Assembly: GCA_964016885.1 (NCBI GenBank)
Contig: OZ024748.1
Location: forward strand, 28,892,001-28,956,000
Direction: 5' to 3'
Source: Eledone cirrhosa
Taxonomy: Eukaryota
DNA: 64,000 bases
In this document: piece after piece, positions 49,337-59,336 of the stretch
Layout of the letters: every line of letters starts with the position of its first letter
Position numbering within the stretch: position 1 is the first letter of the stretch
The notes under the pieces: model-generated
What the model was told of the DNA's origin: nothing
What the model saw: the letters and a program-made list of their open reading frames with translations, nothing else
The model's database searches: none
Program-made: the position numbers and the translations under genes

Positions 49337-51277
49337 TTAGCGAAGATTACTGGCGGTGTATGAATGTAACAAGGAGACATTGTTTGTGTGTATAATATTT
49401 AATCAACAATTTAACAGTATAGTTGACATGTCAATGAAATAGATGAAAGAATGAAGCAAAGTTAGTAGTTACCGTTTTGATTGCCAGGCAAACGCAGGCT
49501 AGCAGAAGACGCCTGGCGAAGGCCAGGCGCCGGAAGGGCAAATGAGAGAGTGAGAACTTAAAGTTGTTAGTTTTATAGGGTTCTGACCGGAAGTTACAGA
49601 AAGGATTCTACTTCCCGTCTAGATGTTGTTAATCTATTGGGGTTGAGTCACAAGGGAGCCAACTGCTACATAACCACCCGCCAGAATTTTAGAATATAAA
49701 AATCGAATGAAATATGTAGCAAGTTGGCGAGAATGTTGTAACAGGCATGAAAATTACGACAAAAGAATGTTTGCAAAAATCAATGATAGATATCAAGGTA
49801 GCCAACCGCTCTTGGCCAGAGAACGACTGGACATCTATCTATCCATCACCCAAAGATATAATGTAATAAAGTAAGAGAAGAGCTCAAAGTTCAAATGTAC
49901 AAAATATAGTTCACAGGTGTGCAATCACATGACAGCAGGAAAGAAAGTGTGTTCCAGAGAATGAATGCAGGTGGTTTCTGTTCTGTGGTATATCGTGAAA
50001 TTTCCAACCTCTGAATGGATTTTCTCACAGGAAGAGTGCTGCAAAAATAAATTCTCTGGCTTGTTCTGCTGGTTTTGGTTGTTGGTGAAGCTGTGTTGCT
50101 GTTGATGTTGTTGTCTCGCGAAGTGAGCATATTCGGTGTTTAAATTCACAGTATTCAGAAAAAATGAGTTGCGCAAAGTGCTAGAAATAGCAGCCGAAGT
50201 TGATGGTCGATGTTGAGAATGCGTTGACCTGGAAGGGTCAAGAGGCCAGCGACCAAAGAAATAAGCATTCTGAATAAATGCGCAGTTTTCAACGGCAAAT
50301 TTACGTGGTAAATTTTTAAACCGGCAAATAGGAGAATATAGCTTAAGGCTGAAGAATCCTTGGCGAGAAACGTTATCTCTGGCGTGCGGCTATCTCTGTG
50401 AGTCGAGAATTTGTGCTGCCTACACGTGCCAATACAAGGTTAAGTTAGGTTTAAAAAATAATATTTCTAACGCGCAAGAAAATGATAGTGCAAGTGTGAA
50501 AGTGACAATGATGAAAATTTAAGGCTTCACTTAGCATAATTATTGGTGTGAACTTTGGAAAAAAAAAACTTGAACGATGAAAAAAAAAAAGGCAATGGTT
50601 CATCGAAAATAAATGTTCCTGTTGAAATGTTTTTAAAAAAATATCAAATTTCTTTTTTTTTTTTTTGTTTTGAAAGTGTTCGTTGTAAGAAACGAGAAAC
50701 ATATATATATCGTGAAATGCGACAGTTAGTTGATGCGTGAGAGAAAAAGTCTGTCTGAACGCGAATTTCACATGTGCGTGGTGTGTTCGTTTCTTTGACT
50801 GAGTATTTTCATAGTTTGTCAATAAATTTGCTGTGTATTCGTAATGTTACTCACACAACACCAGATTCTGCTATTTTTTTCTTTTTTCGGGGTGACCACT
50901 TATAACTGAACGGCTGCGTGTTCGTATCACGTCAGGGTTACCAATATAGCGTAGAACTAGCGGTGTATGAATGTAACAAGGAGACATTGTTTGTGTGTAT
51001 AATATTTAATCAATAATTTAACAGTATAGTTGACATGTCAATGAAATAGATGAAAGAATGAAGCAAAGTTAGTAGTTACCGTTTTGATTGCCAGGCAAAC
51101 GCAGGCTGGCAGAAGACGCCTGGCGAAGGCCAGGCGCCGGAAGGGCAAATGAGAGAGTGAGAACTTAAAGTTGTTAGTTTTATAGGGTTCTGACCGGAAG
51201 TTACAGAAAGGGTTCTACTTCCCGTCTAGATGTTGTTAATCTATTGGGGTTGAGTCACAAGGGAGGCAACTGCTACA
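49337..51277 (-). mobile_element. Non-autonomous LTR element B nested in pol of element A
   Basis: LTRs 49337-49670 and 50946-51277; PBS tggtaaccctgacg; TSD ggact/gggct; no coding capacity recognised. Confidence 0.88.
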
Positions 51278-51678
51278 GGGCTGACTATTGGAGTATTGGC
51301 TTCCTGGCCATGAATTGAAAAACCGGTGATGTTATCCACCAGGCGTTGGCCACGGACGTCCACAGTTAAAGAGAAGTTGTGTAGGAAATCCGCTCCTAAG
51401 ATGGGGTATGGCAAATCGGCAACCGTAAAAATCCACTTAAAATCCCTACGAAGATTTAGGAATTTGAGAGGAAGCGAGATTTGCCCGTACGTCTTTATAG
51501 ACGAGTGGTTAACTGCCTGCAGCGTAACAGATGACTCTCTGGGGGTATCTTTCAGGCAATCGACCGGCCAAATACCACAGGAAGCTCCTGTATCCACGAG
51601 GAAACCTCTTCCCGACATTAGGTCCTTAATGAAGAAATGGCGGTTTGGTGGCTTTATGTTGAGGTCAACTGTCCCCAT
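51278..51678 (-). pseudogene. Element A aspartic protease (interrupted by element B)
   Basis: FLVDTGAS...ILGADFL. Confidence 0.9.
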
Positions 51679-51689
51679 CAGCGGACCTC

Positions 51690-52484
51690 TTAGGCGTTTC
51701 CCGCCTTATGAAAGGAGCAAGGTTGCACGCAGTGATTCGCGCTCTCAGCAAATCGCTCGTGGTACCAGCATAAAGATGAAGCTGGTGATTTTGGACGACG
51801 TCTAAAACTTTGCGATCTCCCGCGACTGCGGGGGCGCGAACGGGCACCACACAAGGCCTTCATTTTGTGTAGCTCTATGGTGAGTTCCTGAATGGACTTT
51901 TGCATCGCCATAATGGTTGAGCTGTCTATTGGCGCTGCCGCGTAGATGGCATGGCCGAGTGTGGTCCGAGCTGGGTGGTGAACAGTGGCAAGGGGTTCAC
52001 TGCCTCCGGCACTCGTCACCTGGAAAACTTTGTCCGCAGAGGCTGCAAGCTGATCCACCGTGCTTGTATCCCTCATGGGGGCCAAAATTGCCTGTACGTT
52101 GGTCGGCAGGCGCGAGAAAAACAACTGCTTCAGCAGGGCAGTTTCCATTACCGACCCCTCCGTTAGGTCCTTCATTCGCCTTAGGAGGTTCGATGGGGTG
52201 CCATCCCCTATATGCTCCAGATGGACCAAAGCCCTAAACCTTTTTTCTGAAGACTGTTCTGTCTGGCTGAGTATTTCAGCCTTCAGAGACGTGTACGTCG
52301 AGCCTGTGGGTGTCCCTAACACCAGGTCCTTAATCGCTGGGAGAATTGCCGGCGGAATTGCACTAAGGACCAGAGGACATTGTAGTTCCTCGTCAACTCT
52401 GTTCGCCTTGAAAAATGCTTCGAATTGGGCGAACCATAGCCTTACGTCGCCCGTGTACGTTGGCAGAACACAGTGAGAAGCCAT
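51690..52484 (-). CDS. Element A gag (264 aa, intact ORF)
   Basis: LWFAQFEAFF...LFFSRLPTNVQAIL...CWYHERFAESANHCVQPC zinc knuckle. Confidence 0.9.
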   Translation of the reverse strand: MASHCVLPTYTGDVRLWFAQFEAFFKANRVDEELQCPLVLSAIPPAILPAIKDLVLGTPTGSTYTSLKAEILSQTEQSSEKRFRALVHLEHIGDGTPSNLLRRMKDLTEGSVMETALLKQLFFSRLPTNVQAILAPMRDTSTVDQLAASADKVFQVTSAGGSEPLATVHHPARTTLGHAIYAAAPIDSSTIMAMQKSIQELTIELHKMKALCGARSRPRSRGRSQSFRRRPKSPASSLCWYHERFAESANHCVQPCSFHKAGNA

Positions 52485-55421
52485 TGGTATACCGTAGTTA
52501 ATTTACCAAGAACAAAAAAAAATAATAATCGTCTCCGTTTGGAAAAATGTCTCCAACACAACAGAAAAGGAAAACAAAATCGTTTATTTTTCTCTGTCAA
52601 ACCACTGGACCGGAAAAATAATGCATCCGGGACAATATGCAAAGAAGCGACTAACTGAATGATGTTATTACTAAGATAAGGGCAAGGAACTTAAAACAAA
52701 ATCCAACATGGCGGACTATTTCGCGCCAAAAACACTAATGATGGAGAAGAGAGCCTCCATCTTGTCATCCTCAACATTTTTAGCCAGAGAAGAGCAGAAA
52801 AGGAGAGAAAAAAAAAGCAAAAACATTCATACACTTGCTGTTTGTTTGTGTGTCAATAACTGTAGGTGTTCGTTTTGTATTAAATTTTTTTTTTCTTTTT
52901 TTTTTATATACACCTTTACTATTACCCATTTTTTTTTTTTTTAAATCACTTCGGGGGTCACCACTTTAGGAGATTAGTATCGGTGTACATATATGCATTA
53001 TTAGAAATAACAATAAATGCCGGTGTGTGTTGTGACAAGGTTTTTACTTCACAGAAGTCAAAGGGATTAATATAAATAAATCATTACCCGTGGGTCACAA
53101 CTCCTAGGCTGAAGTGTGTGGAGAAGAACAGAGATCTTCTCTTGGAGGTGTTAACATCTTCTTAGGCTGCCGGTGGCATTCTTCTTGATTGGCGAAGGAA
53201 AATGAGAGAGGAATCATCTCATGATAAGGTCGCAGGTGTTGTTAACACTTTGGGATTCAGGAGGCGAGAGAGAGAGATCGCCCTAACCTGTCCCTTTTAT
53301 AGGGTCCGGCCAGAAGTGACAAAAAGGGTTCTATCACCCCAACGGGAAGTAACTCCAGCTACTTCCTGTCTAGAGAGTGGTGATGTGATTGTCATGACAA
53401 GGGAGGCAACTCTTGCTACAATTATGACGACGGTTCTCAAAGCCATTCTGAGGAAGGTGGACAAGGTGAAGAGGGCCACCAATTCCTACATTGGCAATAT
53501 CTTGGCAGATGAGACAGTGGTGTTGGCAGCAGAGTCTCAAGTCACCTAAGAAGGTTCAGGTTAACTGCGAAACCACCAGAGACAATGAAAGGAAGAGCCT
53601 AATGGGACTCAGGCTGCAAAGAGACAAAATGGGCATATTGGTATTTCAGAGGGGAAATGAAGTCCCAAGCACCAGCATGGACAGACGAGAACGTTTCTCA
53701 ATGTGTGGGAAATTGATGGGCCATTATCCAGTCGCAGGGTGGCTCTGAACAGTATGCAGTTATGTCAAGAGACGAGCGGACGGGGTGTGCTGGGGAGACA
53801 GAGTCAGAGAAAGGATGATGGTTATGATGCGGGAGATCGTGGAGAGGATAAAGACAAAGGTCCCAGTAAGAGGAAGCTGGTATGTATCCAAGTCCGAATA
53901 TGGGACCGTGTGGTGTGATGCCAGCTGCATAGTGCTAGAGGTCGCTCTGGAAATAGCAGGTGTCAACGTCAAGGATGCAGTCTGGCTCAAGAAGAAGGAC
54001 TTGCAACCACATCAATGTGGCCGAATTGGATGCCATGCTGAAGGGAGTGAATCTCACCCTGAGATGGGGCTGCATACCATAGAGATTCTTACTGATTCGG
54101 CCACTGCATTTAGATAGGTGAAATCAGTGCTTACCTGTAAGAGTGGGGGGTGACAAAAATGCTAGTAAAACACTGTCTGGCAACTCTGGGAAAGCTGACC
54201 GCTGAGTTTGGCCTGAATTTGAGTGTGGTCTTTATGCCCTCAGAGAAAAATAGGGCAGACATCCTAACCAGGGTGAAGAAAGCTCGGCTGGATGCACTAG
54301 AGAATGTGGAAAAGGGGATAGGTGCAGTGTGTCAGCTGAGTGACTCGGAGTTGAGGAGGTTGTATACCATGTATCATATGGGAGTGGATAGGATCCTGTT
54401 CCTAGCCAGGAAAGTCAACTCTGATGTTACGAAACAGTGTCTAGAAAGTGAATTGCAACAGATGTCAGCTTATCGACTGCACCTCGGGCCTGAATGAGAC
54501 GGATAACATCACAGTGGAGCACAACTGGAAGCGATTGGCAATGGATGTGATACACTTCCGACGGGACGTATCTTTTGATATTGAGGACCATGGAGGGAGA
54601 TGAAGACTGGGACTGTGGAGGAAATCGCACAGGCACTGAAAGAGATATTCTTGGAGCAAGGCCCTGTGGATGAATTGCTGATGGATAACAACATAGCATT
54701 TCGCTCGAATGTGCCGAAGGAGATGATCGAAGGGTGGAATGTGAGCCGCATCTTCAGAGTGGCAACAGGATCGTGGAGAGACACAGTTGCACAATCAAGA
54801 TCATGGCAGAGAGGGTGCATATTTCACCAATGGAAGCAGTGTTCTAGTACATGTCTCCTCGCGTGGGACAGGCCAAGGAGTCAGTGCCACATGGGGCAAT
54901 ATACCCGTGCATGTTATTACAACGACAAGTGGGCGAAGAAGTCAAGGTCAAGTTCCCAAATGTGCATTGCACATCTCAATGGGGAAAGGGAATGGTAACA
55001 ACTGTAAATACCCAAAACAATGTGTCTGTGGACGGAATGCCACATCACATCTTGGTCGTCCTCAGAGACTTTGGAGAAGAGGAGAATGAAAGTACTGCAC
55101 CAACTGTGCAGAGATCGCAATGGGAACGCCACTCACCCAAATGGATGACAGACTTTGACATGGAGTGATATGATGTACTATGGAAGTTGTACCATGTAGA
55201 TATGTGTGTTCATTACTGCTATGAATGAGTGTGTAAGGCTTGCTGTATTCTTTGATCAAACATAAAAGAGGTGAACATCTGCACAGGGAGATTCCAGTCA
55301 TGACACATTTGGAGATAGGTCCCTTCACTTCCTACAATTGATAACATTATATATATACTACATATATAAAAAATACATGGATATTGTCAAAGTCTATTAT
55401 ATTTTTATACATATATCCTAC

Positions 55422-55559
55422 CCTTTCTAGACATTCCAATAACATGACAATCACTCCAGTCTTGTCTAGTCCTCGTTTTTCCAATTCGCTGCAGAGATCC
55501 ACAACCCTTAAATTTATTAACTTGTTACTGGAGATCTCACCACTAACATTAGCCATCAT
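55422..55559 (-). pseudogene. Duplicated SAP-domain exon (SAFB/SLTM-like), diverged copy
   Basis: MMANVSGEISSNKLINLRVVDLCSELEKRGLDKTGVIVMLLECLER followed by a GTAGG donor; open frame but several SAP positions changed. Confidence 0.6.
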
Positions 55560-55731
55560 ATGGTATAGATATATGTGTATAAATTTTGAAAAATCCAAGT
55601 GCTCACTAGGGTGGATAATATCACTGTTAAGATAAAACATTAAAAGTGTATTTAATACAAATTAGTTACACGCAAACTGAGTTAACTCCCTTTTACGTAT
55701 GATAAGGTGGAGCCTGCTTTCTCTACTGTTG

Positions 55732-55744
55732 CCACTAGATGGCA
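55732..55744 (+). promoter_or_regulatory. CTCF-type motif
   Basis: CCACTAGATGGCA matches the CCASYAGRKGGCR core. Confidence 0.6.
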
Positions 55745-56149
55745 CAAGTATCAACTGACAACGACCATGACCTTCACTTCCATAATAGTCTCTATCCCAT
55801 AATTTAATTATTTGTATTTCTTTTAAATTAAACAAAAATATCATTGTCCATTCATTGTGAATTGATTGGAACATAATTATTCTATTTCATTTGTAAATAT
55901 CTGCAAATACATGTACCTATCAGTTTCTCAATATGTTCTCATTTGAGAGTCACCCCACTCCCTATATTCAGTTTTTATTATTTGGTGCTTAATTGTTCAG
56001 TGTCGCAAAGCCAAATGGCAACCTCTATATCATTGCAGTTGGCTGCGCTCTGCGACATCTGACATCAAAAGTGTGTCTGGAATAGGCAAGCAACACCTGA
56101 TACACTGGTAGGGTGAGCTGCCAGCAATGACAACAAAAATTAGTTATCA

Positions 56150-56850
56150 GCAGAACAGCTCCCCTAAACATCACAAACACCACAGGGTGGAAAAAATAGC
56201 TCATAATTTCTGGTGATTTAGAATTTTATTCCGTTCAGCAAAGGATGCAGGGATCTTCATTTTTACTGCAGTATCCAGACTGTAGATCAAAAGAGTTGCT
56301 GGCAGTGGTGTCCCAAATGAACCATCTACTTCTTACTTAGGGGCAAATAGTAAGACCATCTGGTCTCTTCCCATCAACTCTCAATTATCCAGCTGGCTCC
56401 AGAATTGAGGGGATATTTTCTTGACCCAGGGCCTGCTTGATAATTAGGTTTAGCTTAGAATGACAAGTGAAGTGACCTACATTCAAGCAAAAAGATATTC
56501 CTTGAAGACCTGGAGAGCGAAATGGCCTGCTACAGTGACATTTCAATCCCTGATAGACATCGGCTCTGACTCTGAGTGCAATGGAGATGCCGAGCTCATC
56601 CAGGCAGTGTAGGCCATCAATATTGGCCTAAGGCAGAGTATCAACCCAGGCTCTTGGAAATTTTGCACTCACTAAAAGTTGGTGGTACATTGAGAATTTA
56701 CCAGATTAATCCAAGAGAGTTGAAAGGGTTTCTCGAACACAAATTATCCTAGACTCCCTGCTTCAGCCTATTCTCCTCTGTTTCAGGAATTAACAAGCCC
56801 AGCTCCCTCTACTGTGGTTGCTCAAGGTTTGCCATCTCGGATAGAAAGTT
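56150..56850 (-). mobile_element. CRE/NeSL-type retrotransposon remnant; a second remnant at about 57200-57640
   Basis: HSKLNLIIKQAL...IPSILEPAG..RVDGKRPDGL; WVDTLLVANIG...LHISIAPRMGANVC. Confidence 0.7.
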
Positions 56851-57806
56851 GGGCTCAAAAGCTAGAATCAGGGGTCCTTTGGGAACACCATGCCAATGGG
56901 AGAGGGACTGCAATGGAGGGAAAGGACTCAGTGAACAGGTAGTTTGTGCTGTTGGCTTGATGGGTGATTATGAAGAAGATAAAATTCGTCCCATCATAAA
57001 GCTGTGTGGAAAGTTGTAGTGCACCTGATCAATGTACACAATAATTTCATTATTATGAACAAATAAAACATGATCGCTACTTTAAAAATTTTTATTAAGA
57101 AAATAGCTTACATCGAAGCTATTGTTGATAAAACAGGAAAACAACAAAGAGCTAAGTTTATTATGTTTGTGTGGCTGGTTTGCGTGTAGCAGTAGTCTGA
57201 CCAAATGCATTGAACTAACCTTTATCCTTTCAATAGAATTGGAGTGTTTTGCTAAGCACTACATCTCTCTCTACTTCTTGAGCAACTCGAGGTAATCTCC
57301 TTCTCTTCATAGAAACGTGAGTGGAAAAACTTAAAGAAAATCTGATCTCCTTTCATTCACGTTGACCAGCCTCTCCAGATTACTGGCGCCAACTTGAGAT
57401 AAAGAAAAAATAGCAGCTAATTGTTATTTGAGGGTCAGTATGTGTGGAGATTTCACTTCAAGCCTACCATAGGACCATCTCAGACCCCTACAGACATTAG
57501 CTCCCATTCTGGGTGCAATGGAGATGTGGAGCTCATCCAGACTGAGAAATTCACCAATGTTGGCCACAAGCAGGGTATCAACCCAGTCAATGGAAAGTGA
57601 GTTGAAGGTATCACTCGAACTGACAAATCCAGCTCTCTCCATGAAATTAAAATTAAATAATTAAGTTCTATGAAATAAAATATTACGACCGCCTCCAAAT
57701 CAATGGACGATGTTTTTTTTTTATTTAAAAGAAACGCGAATAATTAAATAATGGGGTGGAGACTATTACGGAGGTGAAGGTCATGGTCGTTGTAAATTCA
57801 TACTTG

Positions 57807-57819
57807 TGCCATCTAGTGG
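57807..57819 (-). promoter_or_regulatory. CTCF-type motif (mirror copy)
   Basis: tgccatctagtgg, identical core to 55732-55744. Confidence 0.6.
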
Positions 57820-57973
57820 CAATAATAGCGAAAGCAGGCTCTACTTTATCATAGGTAAAAGGGAGTTAATTCAGTTTGCGTGTAACTAATTTGTATTAAT
57901 TACATTTTAAAAGTTTTTTCTTAACAGTGAGCACTTAAATCTTTCAAAATTTATACACATATATCTATACCAT

Positions 57974-58111
57974 ATGATGGCCAATGTTAGTGGTGAGATC
58001 TCCAGCGACAAGTTAATAGATTTAAGGGTTGTGGATCTTCGCAGCGAACTAGAAAAACGAGGACTAGACAAGACTGGAGTGAAGGCCGTGTTGTTGGAAC
58101 GACTAGGAAAG
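57974..58111 (+). CDS. First coding exon of a SAFB/SLTM-like SAP-domain protein; gene probably continues beyond the window
   Basis: MMANVSGEISSDKLIDLRVVDLRSELEKRGLDKTGVKAVLLERLGK followed by a GTAGGA donor; upstream GT (57855) to AG (57927) 5'-UTR intron. Confidence 0.8.
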
Positions 58112-58713
58112 GTAGGATATACGTATATAAATATAATAGACTTTACAATGTCCACGTGTTGTTTATATATATAATATTATAATATATAATGTTATCGTTT
58201 GGTGGAATTTTCATAACAGATCGAAATAAACATGATTTTCAAAGAAAATTATGATTTCGTCGTGGAAGGGTGCCATTTTAAGCACCAACCCGTTATGCAT
58301 CTGTCATTTGTTTTACGAGTGTTTTATAAGTATGTAATTTTACAAAATTTCGAAATCATTTGTTGTACATCCACCACCCCCACCTGGTTATTGTCATTTA
58401 TTTCACTACGTGCAGCAATTTAATGGAAAATAATAACATTTGTCTCTTGATTGTAAGATGTACCACGACAAAATACTTAGCAACTTAATATATAATGGTG
58501 AATCTACCACAATGCAAATATTTCAGCTTTGACACAACCTTACATCGTGTGACTTGCTTAAACTCCGAAAACGGTCTATTTACCCACACCCCCATATATA
58601 TATATCTATCAAATATAGAGATATAAGTAGAGGATTATATATACAAATATATCTATCTCTATATATATCCTCTGCCTATACTCCCTTAATGGAACATAAA
58701 CATTTAAGTTCAG

Positions 58714-58940
58714 TACACAGGTGTCCCATCTGCGGCAATGTACTGTTCGAAGAAGCACCCAGCAGGACACAACAACCGGAAGCTCTAGGTACAATGTCAA
58801 CCAAGTCCTAGTAACCACTTCTTTTCTGCACGTGTGATCATCCACTGGAACAACCTCAGAGTCAACATTTTAAATTCAAGGCTCGAGAAGGAGTGGACCA
58901 ATCACCCGCTCAAGTTTAACTATCGCTTCTCGAATCAGGG
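58714..58940 (+). mobile_element. CR1/L2-type LINE 3' end
   Basis: FFSARVIIHWNNL, the typical FFSxRVxxxWNxL terminus. Confidence 0.55.
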
Positions 58941-59336
58941 AGGCATCGATACCAAATGATGTTCGATACTCAAAAGAGGATCATCTCTACATTGGTATGT
59001 GTCTAATTACCATTACCGGGTACCAAATAACCATACTTAAGATATATACTTTAATAGATGTTCAGAGTCTAAAGTATCTATTTTCATCTGTGAGGAAGAA
59101 AGTTTACCAAACGATATTAATGAACACAGACACAAGGAAATTCATTAATATTTTGTTATTGCTGTCTCAATTAGGTCGGAGGATTAGTTGAATCGTTGAG
59201 TTCAAATCCCACCGAGGCCAAATTTGTCTTTCATCCTTCTGAGATCGAAGAAATAAAGTACCAGTGAAGTACTGGAGTCGATTTAATCGACTTTACCCTC
59301 CCATAAATTGATGTCCCTATCTCTATATGTGCGCGT

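Larger units (their letters stand above)
45606..53420 (-). mobile_element. Ty3/gypsy LTR retrotransposon A (defective)
   Basis: LTRs 52966-53420 and 45606-46058 (TG...AA on minus); PBS tggtgacccccg next to the 5' LTR; TSD atcat/attat; gag-PR-RT-RH-IN order. Confidence 0.93.
45460..55336 (+). mobile_element. Older Ty3/gypsy-like element C (RT-RNaseH-integrase), split by the insertion of element A
   Basis: IVDLKSAYLQL...YCLTWLGFRLNSASKI (45468-45605) continues after 53420 as MTTVLKAIL...SYIGNIL, then WCDAS and WKRLAMDV; possible 3' LTR ending taca at 55336. Confidence 0.75.
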
